64,000 nucleotides of DNA from Eledone cirrhosa (Eukaryota), in NCBI GenBank assembly GCA_964016885.1, contig OZ024743.1:345340001-345404000 (forward strand), written 5' to 3'. The translations under genes were made by a program, and so were the position numbers. Numbering within the stretch: the stretch's first letter is position 1; each line of letters begins with the position of its first letter. This document shows positions 40,440-52,400 of this stretch, one piece after another. The notes under the pieces are model-generated. The model did no database searches. It saw nothing but the letters and a program-made list of their open reading frames with translations, and was not told the origin of the DNA.

Positions 40440-43400
40440 ATGTAGTGTTTGTTGTAGTATTGGTTGTTGTGGTAGTGGTGATGGTGATGCTTTTTATGGT
40501 AGTGGTAGTGGTGGTGGTGGTAGTCGTCGCAATCGGGGTGTAGTGATAGTGGAGATAGTGTATTGTTGGTCGGTGGTAGAGTTGCTGGTGGTAGTGTTGG
40601 TGGTAGTGGAGATGGTGGTGGTAGTGTTGGTGGTAGTATAGTTGGTGGTGGTAGTGTTGGTGGTGTTGGGGGTGGTAGTGTTGGTGGTGGTAGTGTTGGT
40701 GGTAGTAGAGATGGTGGTGGTAGTGTTGGTGGTAGTATAGTTGGTGGTGGTAGTGTTGGTGGTGGTGGTGTTGGGGGTGGTAGTGTTGGTGGTGGTAGTG
40801 TTGGTGGTGGTAGCGTTTGGTGGTGGTAGTATTGGTGGTAGTAGTGTTGGTGGTGGTAGCGTTTGGTGGTGGTAGTGTTGGTGGTAGTAGTGTTGGTGGT
40901 GGTAGAGTTGGTGGTAGTGTTGGTGGTGGTTGAGTTTGGAGGTGGTAGTGTTGGTGGTGGTAGTATTGGTGGTGGTAGTGATGGAGGTAGTAGAGTTGGT
41001 GGTGGTAGTGTTGGTGGTAGTAGAGTTGGTGGTGGTAGTGTTGGTGGTGGTAGTGTTGGTGGTGGTAGTGTTGGTGGTGGTAGTGTTGGTGGTGGTAGAG
41101 TTGGTGGTGGTAGTAATGGTAGTAGTAGAGATGGTGGTCGTAGTGTGGATGGTATTAGAGTTGGTGGTGGTAGTGTTGGTGGCGGTAGTGTTGGTGGTGG
41201 TAGAGTTGGTTGTAGTGGTGGTGGTAGTAGAGATGGTGGTGGTAGTGTTGGTGGTGGTATTGTTGGTCGGTAGTAGTGTTGGTGGTAGTGTTGTTAGTGG
41301 TAGTGTTGGTGGTAGTAGTGTTGGTGGTGGTAGTCTTGGTGGTAGTAGTGTTGGTGGTGGTAGTGTTGGTGGTGGTAGTCTTGGTGGTGGTAGTGTTGGT
41401 GGTGGTAGTGTTGGTGGTAGTAGAGTTGGTGGTGGTAGTGTTGGTGGTGGTAGAGTTGGTGGTAGTGTTGGTGGTGGTTCAGTTTGGTGGTGGTAGTGTT
41501 GGTGGTAGTAGAGTTGGTGGTGGTAGTGTTGGTGGTGGTAGTGTTGGTGGTAGTGTTGGTGGTGGTTGAGTTTGGTGGTGGTAGTGTTGGTGGTGGTAGT
41601 GTTGTTGGTGGTAGCGTTTGGTGGTGGTAGTATTGGTGGTAGTAGTGTTGGTGGTGGTAGCGTTTGGTGGTGGTAGTGTTGGTGGTAGTAGTGTTGGTGG
41701 TGGTAGAGTTGGTGGTAGTGTTGGTGGTGGTTGAGTTTGGAGGTGGTAGTGTTGGTGGTGGTAATGTTGGTGGTGGTAATGTTGGTGGTGGTAGTGTTGG
41801 TGGTGGAAGTGTTGGTATGGTAGAGTTGGCGGTGGTAGTGTTGGTGGTAGTATTGTTGGTGGTGGTAGAGTTGGTGATGGTATTGTTGGTCGGTGGTAGT
41901 GTTGGTGGTGGTAGTGTTGGTGGTGGTAGTGTTGGTGGTAGTATTGTTGGTGGTGGTAGTGTTGGTGGTGGTAGAGTTTGAGGTGGTAGTATTGGTGGTG
42001 GTAGTGATGGTGGTGGTAGTGTTGATGGTGGTAGAGTTGGTGGTGGTAGTGTTGGTGGTGGTAGTGTTGGTGGTAGTATTGTTGGTGGTGGTAGTGTTGG
42101 TGGTGGTAGTGTTGGTGGTGGTAGTGTTGGTGGTGGTAGAGTTTGAGGTGGTAGTATTGGTGGTGGTAGTGATGGTGGTGGTAGTGTTGATGGTGGTAGA
42201 GTTGGTGGTGGTAGTGTTTGGTGGTGGTAGTGTGGTGGTAGGCGTTGGTGGTGGAAGAGTTGGTGGTGGTAGTGTTGGTGGTGGTAGTGTTGATGGTGGT
42301 AGAGTTGGTGGTGGTAGTGTTTAGTGGTGGTAGTGTAGGTGGTGGTAGTGTTGGTGGTGGTAGCGTTGGTGGTGGTAGTGTTGGTGGTAAGCGTTGGTGG
42401 TGGAAGAGTTGGTGGTGGTAGTGTTGGTGGTGGTAGTGTTGGTGGTGGTAGTGTTGGTGGTGGTAGTGCTGGTGGTGGTAGTGTTGGTGGTGGTAGTGTT
42501 GGTGGTGGTAGAGTTGGTGGTGGTAGAGTTGGTGGTGGTAGAGTTGGTGGTGGTAGTGTTGTTGGTGGTAGTGTTGGTGGTGGTGGTAGTGTTGGTGGTG
42601 GTAGTGTTGGTGGCGGTAGTGTTGGTGGTGGTAGTGTTGTTGGTGGTAGTGTTGGTGGTGGTAGCGTTGGTGATGGTAGTGTTGGTGGTGGTAGTGTTGG
42701 TGGTAAGAGTTGGTGGTGGAAGAGTTGGTGGTGGTAGTGTTGGTGGTGGTAGTGTTGGTGGTGGTAGTGTTGGTGGCGGTAGTGTTGGTGGTGGTAGTGT
42801 TGTTGGTGGTAGTGTTGGTGGTTGTAGTGTTTGGTGATGGTAGTGTTGGTGGTGGTAGTGTTGGTGGTGGTAGTGTTGGTGGTGGTAGTGTTGTTGGCGG
42901 TAGTGTTGGTGGTGGTGGTAGTGTTGGTGGTGGTAGTGTTGGTGGTGGTAGTGTTGTTGGCGGTAGTGTTGGTGGTGGTGGTAGTGTTGGTGGTGGTAGT
43001 GTTGTTGGTGGCAGTGTTGGTGGTTGTAGTGTTTGGTGATGGTAGTGTTGGTGGTGGTAGTGTTGGTGGTGGTAGAGTTGGTGGTGGTAGTGTTGGTGGT
43101 GGTAGTGTTTGGTGGTGGTAGTGTTGGTGGTGGTAGTGTTGGTGGTGGTAGTGTTGGTGGTGGTAGAGTTGGTGGTGGTAGTGTTGGTGGTGGTAGTGTT
43201 GGTGGTGGTAGTATTGGTGGTGGTAGAGTTGGTGGTAAGCGTTGGTGGTGGAAGAGTTGTTGGTGGTAGTGTTGGTGGTGGTAGAGTTGTTGGTGGTAGA
43301 GTTGGTGGTGGTAGTGTTGGTGGTGGTAGTGTTGGTGGTAAGCGTTGGTGGTGGAAGTGTTGTTGGTGGTAGTGTTGGTGGTGGTAGAGTTGTTGGTGGT

Positions 43401-46400
43401 AGAGTTGGTGGTGGTAGTGTTGGTGGTGGTAGTGTTGGTGGTGGTAGTGTTTGGTGGTGGTAGTGTTGGTGGTGGTAGTGTTGGTGGTGGTAGTGTTGGT
43501 GGTAGTAGAGTTGGTGGTGGTAGTGTTTGGTGGGGGTAGTGTTGGTGGTGGTAGTATTGGTGGTGGTAGTGTTGGTGGTGGTAGTGTTGGTGGTGGTAGT
43601 GTTGGTGGTAGTAGAGTTGGTGGTGGTAGTGTTGGTGGTAGTAGAGTTGGTGGTGGTAGTGTTTGGTGGGGGTAGTGTTGGTGGTGGTAGTGTAGGTGGT
43701 ATTAGCGTTGGTGGTGGTAGTGTTGGTAGTGGTAGTGTTGGTGGTGGTAGTATTGGTGGTGGTAGTGATGGTGGTGGTAGAGTTGGTGGTGGTAGAGTTG
43801 GTGGTGGTAGTGTTGGTGGTGGTAGTGTTTGGTGGTGGTAGTGTTGTTGGTAGTAATATTGGTGGTGGTAGAGTTGGTGGTGGTAGTGTTGGTGGTTGTA
43901 GAGTTGGTGGTGGTAGTGTTGGTGGTTGTAGAGTTGGTGGTGGTAGTGTTTGGTGGTGGTAGTGTTTGGTGGTGGTAGTGTTGGTGGTAAGCGTTGGTGG
44001 TGGAAGAGTTGTTGGTGGTAGTGTTGGTGGTGGTAGAGTTGTTGGTGGTAGAGTTGGTGGTGATAGTGTTGGTGGTGGTAGTGTTGGTGGTGGTAGTGTT
44101 TGGTGGTGGTAGTGTTGGTGGTGGTAGTGTTGGTGGTGGTAGTGTTGGTGGTGGTAGTGTTTGGTGGTGGTAGTGTTGGTGGTGGTAGTGTTGGTGGTGG
44201 TAGTGTTGGTGGTAGTAGAGTTGGTGGTGGTAGTGTTTGGTGGGGGTAGTGTTGGTGGTGGTAGTATTGGTGGTGGTAGTGTTGGTGGTGGTAGTGTTGG
44301 TGGTGGTAGTGTTGGTGGTAGTAGAGTTGGTGGTGGCAGTGTTGGTGGTAGTAGAGTTGGTGGTGGTAGTGTTTGGTGGGGGTAGTGTTGGTGGTGGTAG
44401 TGTAGGTGGTATTAGCGTTGGTGGTGGTAGTGTTGGTAGTGGTAGTGCTGGTGGTGGTAGTATTGGTTGTGGTAGTGATGGTGGTGGTAGAGTTGGTGGT
44501 GGTAGAGTTGGTGGTGGTAGTGTTGGTGGTGGTAGTGTTTGGTGGTGGTAGTGTTGGTGGTGGTAGTGTTGGTGGTGGTAGTGTTGGTGGTAGTAGAGTT
44601 GGTGGTGGTAGTGTTTGATGGGGGTAGTGTTGGTGGTGGTAGTGTAGGTGGTATTAGCGTTGGTGGTGGTAGTGTTGGTAGTGGTAGTGTTGGTGGTGGT
44701 AGTATTGGTGGTGGTAGTGATGGTGGTGGTAGAGTTGGTGGTGGTAGAGTTGGTGGTGGTAGTGTTGGTGGTGGTAGTGTTGGTGGTAGTAGTGTTGGTG
44801 GTGGTAGAGTTGGTGGTGGTAGAGTTGGTGGTGGTAGTGTTGGTGGTAGTGTTGGTGGTGGTTGAGTTTGGTGGTGGTAGTGTTGGTGGTGGTAGTGTTG
44901 GTGGTGGTAATGTTGGTGGTGGTAATGTTGATGGTGGTAGTGTTGGTGGTGGTAGCGTTGGTGATGGTAGTGTTGGTGGTGGTAGTGTTGGTGGTGGTAG
45001 TGTTGGTGGTGGTAGTGTTGGTGGTAGTAGTGTTGGTGGTGGTAGTGTTGGTAGTGGTGGTGTTGGTGGTGGTAGTGTTGGTGGTAGTAGTGTTGGTGGT
45101 GGAAGAGTTGGTGAAGGTATTGTTGGTCGGTGGTAGTGTTGGTGGTGGTAGTGTTGGTGGTGGGAGTGTTGGTGGTGGTAGAGTTGGTGGTGGTAGTGTT
45201 GGTGGTAGTGTTGGTGGTGGTTGAGTTTGGTGGTGGTAGTGTTGGTGGTGGTTGAGTTTGGTGGTGGTAGTGTTGGTGGTGGTAGTGTTGGTGGTGGTAA
45301 TGTTGGTGGTGGTAATGTTGATGGTGGTAGTGTTGGTGGTGGTAGCGTTTGGTGGTAGTAGTGTTGTTGGTGGTAGTGTTGGTGGTAGTAGTGTTGGTGG
45401 TGGTAGAGTTGGTGATGGTATTGTTGGTCGCTGGTAGTGTTGGTGGTGGTAGAGTTGGCGGTGGTAGTGTTTGTGGTGGTAGTGTTGGTGGTAGTATTGT
45501 TGGTGGTGGTAGTGTTGGTGGTGGTATTGTTGGTGGTGGTAGTGTTGGTGTTGGTAGAGTTTGAGGTGGTAGAGTTGGTGGTGGTAGTGTTTGTGGTGGT
45601 AGTGTTGGTGGTAGTAGTGTTGGTGGTGGTAGTGTTGGTGGCAGTAGTGTTGGTGGTGGTAGAGTTGGTGGTGTTAGTGTTGGTGGTAGTAGTGTTGGTG
45701 GTGGTATTGTTCGTCGGTGGTAGTGTTGGTGGTAGTGTTGGTGGTGGTAGTTTTAGTGGTGTTAGTGTTGGTGGTGGTAGTGTTGGTGGTAGTAGTGTTG
45801 GTGGTGGTAGTGTTGGTGGTGGTAGTGTTGGTGGTGGTAGTGTTGGTGGTAGTAGTGTTGGTGGTGGTAGAGTTGGTGAAGGTATTGTTGGTCGGTGGTA
45901 GTGTTGGTGGTGGTAGTGTTGGTGGTGGGAGTGTTGGTGGTGGTAGTATTGGTGGTAGTGTTGGTGGTGGTTGAGTTTGGTGGTGGTGGTGTTGGTGGTG
46001 GTAATGTTGGTGGTGGCAGTATTGGTGGTGGTAGTGTTTGTGGTGGTAGCGTTTGGTGGTGGTAGTGTTGGTGGTAGTAGTGTTGGTGGTGGTAGCGTTT
46101 GGTGGTGGTAGTGTTGGTGGTAGTAGTGTTGGTGGTGGTAGAGTTGGTGGTAGTGTTGGTGGTGGTTGAGTTTGGTGGTGGTAGTGTTGGTGGTGGCAGT
46201 GTTGGTGGTAGTGTTGGTGGTGGTTGAGTTTGGTGGTGGTAGTGTTGGTGGTGGTAGTGTTGGTGGTGGTAATGTTGATGGTGGTAGTGTTGGTTGTGGT
46301 AGCGTTTGGTGGTAGTAGTGTTGGTGGTGGTAGTGTTGGTGGTAGTAGTGTTGGTGGTGGTAGAGATGGTGATGGTATTGTTGGTCGCTGGTAGTGTTGG

Positions 46401-49400
46401 TGGTGGTAGATTTGGCGGTGGTAGTGTTTGTGGTGGTAGTGTTGGTGGTAGTATTGTTGGTGGTGGTAGTGTTGGTGGTGGTTGTGTTGGTGGTGGTAGT
46501 GTTGGTGGTGGTAGAGTTTGACGTCGTAGAGTTGGTGGTGGTAGTGTTGGTGGTAGTAGTGTTGGTGGTGGTAGTGTTGGTGGTGGTAGTGTTGATGGTG
46601 GTAGAGTTGGTGGTGGTAGTGTTTGGTGGTGGTGGTGTAGGTGGTGGTAGTGTTGGTGGTGGTAGTGCTGGTGGTAGTAGCGTTGGTGATGGTAGTGTTG
46701 GTGGTGGTAGTGTTGGTGGTAAGAGTTGGTGGTGGTAGAGTTGGTGGTGGTAGTGTTGGTGGTGGTAGTGTTGGTGGTAGTAATGTTGGTGGTGGTGGAG
46801 TTGGTGGTGGCAGTTTAGGTGGTGGTAGTGTTTGTGGTGGTAGCGTTGGTGGTGGTAGTGTTGGTGGTAATAGTGTTGGTGGTGGTAGCGTTTGGTGGTG
46901 GTAGTGTTGGTGGTAGTAGTGTTGGTGGTGGTAGAGTTGGTGGTAGTGTTGGTGGTCGTTGAGTTTGGTGGTGGTAGTGTTGGTGGTGGTAGTGTTGGTG
47001 GTAGTGTTGGTGGTGGTTGAGTTTGTTGGTGGTAGTGTTGGTGATGGTAGTGTTGGTGGTGATAATGTTGGTGGTGGTAATGTTGATGGTGGTAGTCTTG
47101 GTGGTAGTAGCGTTTGGTGGTAGTAGTGTTGGTGGTGGTAGTGTTGGTGGTAGTAGTGTTGGTGGTGGTAGAGTTAGTGATGGCATTGTTGGTCGCTGGT
47201 AGTGTTAGTGGTGGTAGAGTTGGCGGTGGTAGTGTTTGTGGTGGTAGTATTGGTGGTGGTAGTGTTGGCGGTAGTAGTGTTGGTGGTGGTAGTGTTCGTG
47301 GCAGTAGTGTTGGTGGTGGTAGAGTAGGTGGTGTTAGTGTTGGTGGTAGTAGTGTTGGTGGTGGTATTGTTGGTCGGTGGTAGTGTTGGTGGTAGTGTTG
47401 GTGGTGGTAGTTTTGGTGGTGGTAGTGTTGGTGGTGGTAATGTTGGTGGTAGTAGTGTTGGTGGTGGTAGTGTTGGTGGTGGTAGTGTTGTTGGTGGTAG
47501 TGTTGGTGGTAGTAGTGTTGGTAGTGGTAGAGTTGGTGAAGGCATTGTTGGTCGGTGGTAGTGTTGTTGGTGGTAGTGTTGGTGGTGGTAGTGATGGTGG
47601 TGGTAGTGTTGGTGGTGGTAGAGTTGGTGGTGGTAGTGTTGGTGGTGGTAGTGTTGGTGGTAGTAGTGTTGGTGGTGGTAGAGTTGGTGGTGGTAGAGTT
47701 GGTGGTGGTAGTGTTGGTGGTAGTGTTGGTGGTGGTTGAGTTTGGTGGTGGTAGTGTTGGTGGTGGTAGTGTTGGTGGTGGTAATGTTGGTGGTGGTAAT
47801 GTTGATGGTGGTAGTGTTGGTGGTGGTAGCGTTGGTGATGGTAGTGTTGGTGGTGGTAGTGTTGGTGGTGGTAGTGTTGGTGGTGGTAGTGTTGGTGGTA
47901 GTAGTGTTGGTGGTGGTAGTGTTGGTGGTGGTGGTGTTGGTGGTGGTAGTGTTGGTGGTGGTAGTGTTGGTGGTGGGAGTGTTGGTGGTGGTAGAGTTGG
48001 TGGTCGTAGTGTTGGTGGTAGTGTTGGTGGTGGTTGAGTTTGGTGGTGGTAGTGTTGGTGGTGGTAGTGTTGGTGGTGGTAATGTTGGTGGTGGTAATGT
48101 TGATGGTGGTAGTGTTGGTGGTGGTAGCGTTTGGTGGTAGTAGTGTTGTTGGTGGTAGTGTTGGTGGTAGTAGTGTTGGTGGTGGTAGAGTTGGTGATGG
48201 TATTGTTGGTCGCTGGTAGTGTTGGTGGTGGTAGAGTTGGCGGTGGTAGTGTTTGTGGTGGTAGTGTTGGTGGTAGTATTGTTGGTGGTGGTAGTGTTGG
48301 TGGTGGTATTGTTGGTGGTGGTAGTGTTGGTGTTGGTAGAGTTTGAGGTGGTAGAGTTGGTGGTGGTAGTGTTGGTGGTGGTAGTGTTGGTGGTAGTAGT
48401 GTTGGTGGTGGTAGTGTTGGTGGCAGTAGTGTTGGTGGTGGTAGAGTTGGTGGTGTTAGTGTTGGTGGTAGTAGTGTTGGTGGTGGTATTGTTCGTCGGT
48501 GGTAGTGTTGGTGGTAGTGTTGGTGGTGGTAGCTTTAGTGGTGTTAGTGTTGGTGGTGGTAGTGTTGGTGGTAGTAGTGTTGGTGGTGGTAGTGTTGGTG
48601 GTGGTAGTGTTGGTGGTGGTAGTGTAGATGGTAGTAGTGTTGGTGGTGGTAGAGTTGGTGAAGGTATTGTTGGTCGGTGGTAGTGTTGGTGGTGGTAGTG
48701 TTGGTGGTGGGAGTGTTGGTGGTGGTAGTATTGGTGGTAGTGTTGGTGGTGGTTGAGTTTGGTGGTGGTGGTGTTGGTGGTGGTAATGTTGGTGGTGGCA
48801 GTATTGGTGGTGGTAGTGTTTGTGGTGGTAGCGTTTGGTGGTGGTAGTGTTGGTGGTAGTAGTGTTGGTGGTGGTAGCGTTTGGTGGTGGTAGTGTTGGT
48901 GGTAGTAGTGTTGGTGGTGGTAGAGTTGGTGGTAGTGTTGGTGGTGGTTGAGTTTGGTGGTGGTAGTGTTGGTGGTGGCAGTGTTGGTGGTAGTGTTGGT
49001 GGTGGTTGAGTTTGGTGGTGGTAGTGTTGGTGGTGGTAGTGTTGGTGGTGGTAATGTTGATGGTGGTAGTGTTGGTTGTGGTAGCGTTTGGTGGTAGTAG
49101 TGTTGGTGGTGGTAGTGTTGGTGGTAGTAGTGTTGGTGGTGGTAGAGATGGTGATGGTATTGTTGGTCGCTGGTAGTGTTGGTGGTGGTAGATTTGGCGG
49201 TGGTAGTGTTTGTGGTGGTAGTGTTGGTGGTAGTATTGTTGGTGGTGGTAGTGTTGGTGGTGGTTGTGTTGGTGGTGGTAGTGTTGGTGGTGGTAGAGTT
49301 TGACGTCGTAGAGTTGGTGGTGGTAGTGTTGGTGGTAGTAGTGTTGGTGGTGGTAGAGTTGGTGGTGGTAGTGTTGGTGGTGGTAGTGTTGATGGTGGTA

Positions 49401-52400
49401 GAGTTGGTGGTGGTAGTGTTTGGTGGTGGTGGTGTAGGTGGTGGTAGTGTTGGTGGTGGTAGTGCTGGTGGTAGTAGCGTTGGTGATGGTAGTGTTGGTG
49501 GTGGTAGTGTTGGTGGTAAGAGTTGGTGGTGGTAGAGTTGGTGGTGGTAGTGTTGGTGGTGGTAGTGTTGGTGGTAGTAATGTTGGTGGTGGTGGAGTTG
49601 GTGGTGGCAGTTTAGGTGGTGGTAGTGTTTGTGGTGGTAGCGTTGGTGGTGGTAGTGTTGGTGGTAATAGTGTTGGTGGTGGTAGCGTTTGGTGGTGGTA
49701 GTGTTGGTGGTAGTAGTGTTGGTGGTGGTAGAGTTGGTGGTAGTGTTGGTGGTCGTTGAGTTTGGTGGTGGTAGTGTTGGTGGTGGTAGTGTTGGTGGTA
49801 GTGTTGGTGGTGGTAGTGTTGGTGGTAGTGTTGGTGGTGGTTGAGTTTGGTGGTGGTAGTGTTGGTGATGGTAGTGTTGGTGGTGATAATGTTGGTGGTG
49901 GTATTGTTGATGGTGGTAGTCTTGGTGGTAGTAGCGTTTGGTGGTAGTAGTGTTAGTGGTGGTAGTGTTGGTGGTAGTAGTGTTGGTGGTGGTAGAGTTA
50001 GTGATGGCATTGTTGGTCGCTGGTAGTGTTAGTGGTGGTAGAGTTGGCGGTGGTAGTGTTTGTGGTGGTAGTATTGGTGGTGGTAGTGTTGGCGGTAGTA
50101 GTGTTGGTGGTGGTAGTGTTCGTGGCAGTAGTGTTGGTGGTGGTAGAGTTGGTGGTGTTAGTGTTGGTGGTAGTAGTGTTGGTGGTGGTATTGTTGGTCG
50201 GTGGTAGTGTTGGTGGTAGTGTTGGTGGTGGTAGTTTTGGTGGTGGTAGTGTTGGTGGTGGTAATGTTGGTGGTAGTAGTGTTGGTGGTGGTAGTGTTGG
50301 TGGTGGTAGTGTTGTTGGTGGTAGTGTTGGTGGTAGTAGTGTTGGTAGTGGTAGAGTTGGTGAAGGCATTGTTGGTCGGTGGTAGTGTTGTTGGTGGTAG
50401 TGTTGGTGGTGGTAGTGTTGGTGGTGGGAGTGTTGGTGGTGGTAGTATTGGTGGTAGTGTTGGTGGTGGTTGAGTTTGGTGAAGGTGGTGTTGGTGTTGG
50501 TAATGTTGGTGGTGGCAGTATTGGTGGTGGTAGTGTTTGTGGTGGTAGCGTTTGGTGGTGGTAGTGTTGGTGGTAGTAGTGTTGGTGGTGGTAGCGTTTG
50601 GTGGTGGTAGTGTTGGTGGTAGTAGTGTTGGTGGTGGTAGAGTTGGTGGTAGTGTTGGTTTTGGTTGAGTTTGGTGGTGGTAGTGTTGGTGGTGGTAGTG
50701 TTGGTGGTAGTGTTGGTGGTGGTTGAGTTTGGTGGTGGTAGTGTTGGTGGTGGTAGTGTTGGTGGTGGTAATGTTGATGGTGGTAGTGTTGGTGGTGGTA
50801 GCGTTTGGTGGTAGTAGTGTTGGTGGTGGTAGTGTTGGTGGTAGTAGTGTTGGTGGTGGTAGAGATGGTGATGGTATTGTTGGTCGCTGGTAGTGTTGGT
50901 GGTGGTAGATTTGGCGGTGGTAGTGTTTGTGGTGGTAGTGTTGGTGGTAGTATTGTTGGTGGTGGTAGTGTTGGTGGTGGTTGTGTTGGTGGTGGTAGTG
51001 TTGGTGGTGGTAGAGTTTGAGGTCGTAGAGTTGGTGGTGGTAGTGTTGGTGGTAGTAGTGTTGGTTGTGGTAGAGTTGGTGGTGGTAGTGTTGGTGGTGG
51101 TAGTGTTGATGGTGGTAGAGTTGGTGGTGGTAGTGTTTGGTGGTGGTAGTGTAGGTGGTGGTAATGTTGGTGGTGGTAGTGCTGGTGGTAGTAGCGTTGG
51201 TGATGGTAGTGTTGGTGGTGGTAGTGTTGGTGGTAAGAGTTGGTGCTGGAAGAGTTGGTGGTGGTAGTGTTGGTGGTGGTAGTGTTGGTGGTAGTAATGT
51301 TGGTGGTGGTGGAGTTGGTGGTGGCAGTTTAGGTGGTGGTAGTGTTTGTGGTGGTAGCGTTGGTGGTGGTAGTGTTGGTGGTAGTAGTGTTGGTGGTGGT
51401 AGCGTTTGGTGGTAGTGTTGGTGGTGGTTGAGTTTGGTGGTGGTAGTGTTGGTGGTGGTAGTGTTGGTGGTAGTGTTGGTGGTGGTTGAGTTTGGTGGTG
51501 GTAGTGTTGGTGATGGTAGTGTTGGTGGTGATAATGTTGGTGGTGGTAATGTTGATGGTGGTAGTCTTGGTGGTAGTAGCGTTTGGTGGTAGTAGTGTTG
51601 GTGGTGGTAGTGTTGGTGGTAGTAGTGTTGGTGGTGGTAGAGTTAGTGGTAGTGTTGGTGGTGGTAGTTTTGGTGGTGGTAGTGTTGGTGGTGGTAATGT
51701 TGGTGGTAGTAGTGTTGGTGGTGGTAGTGTTGGTGGTGGTAGTGTTGTTGGTGGTAGTGTTGGTGGTAGTAGTGTTGGTGGTGGTAGAGTTGGTGAAGGC
51801 ATTGTTGGTCGGTGGTAGTGTTGTTGGTGGTAGTGTTGGTGGTGGTAGTGTTGGTGGTGGTTGAGTTTGGTGAAGGTGGTGTTGGTGGTGGTAATGTTGG
51901 TGGTGGCAGTATTGGTGGTGGTAGTGTTTGTGGTGGTAGCGTTTGGTGGTGGTAGTGTTGGTGGTAGTAGTGTTGGTGGTGGCAGTGTTTGGTGGTGGTA
52001 GTGTTGGTGGTAGTAGTGTTGGTGGTGGTTGAGTTGGTGGTAGTGTTGGTGGTGGTAGAGTTGGCGGTGGTTGTGTTTGTGGTGGAAGTGTTAGTGGTAG
52101 TATTGTTGGTGGTGGTAGTGTGGGTGTTGGTAGTGTTGGTGGTGGTAGTGTTGGTGGTGGTAGAGTTTGAGGTGGTAGAGATGGTGGTGGTAGAGTTGGT
52201 GGTAGTAGTGTTGGTGGTGGTAGAGTTGGTGATGGTATTGTTGGTGGTGGTAGTGTTGGTGGTGGTAGTGTTGGTGGTGGTAGTTTTGGTGGTGGTAGTG
52301 TTGGTGGTGGTAGTGTTGGTGGTGGTAGTGTTGGTGGTGGTAGTGTTGGTGGCGGTAGTGTTGGTGGTGGTAGTGTTGTTGGTGGTAGTGTTGGTGGTGG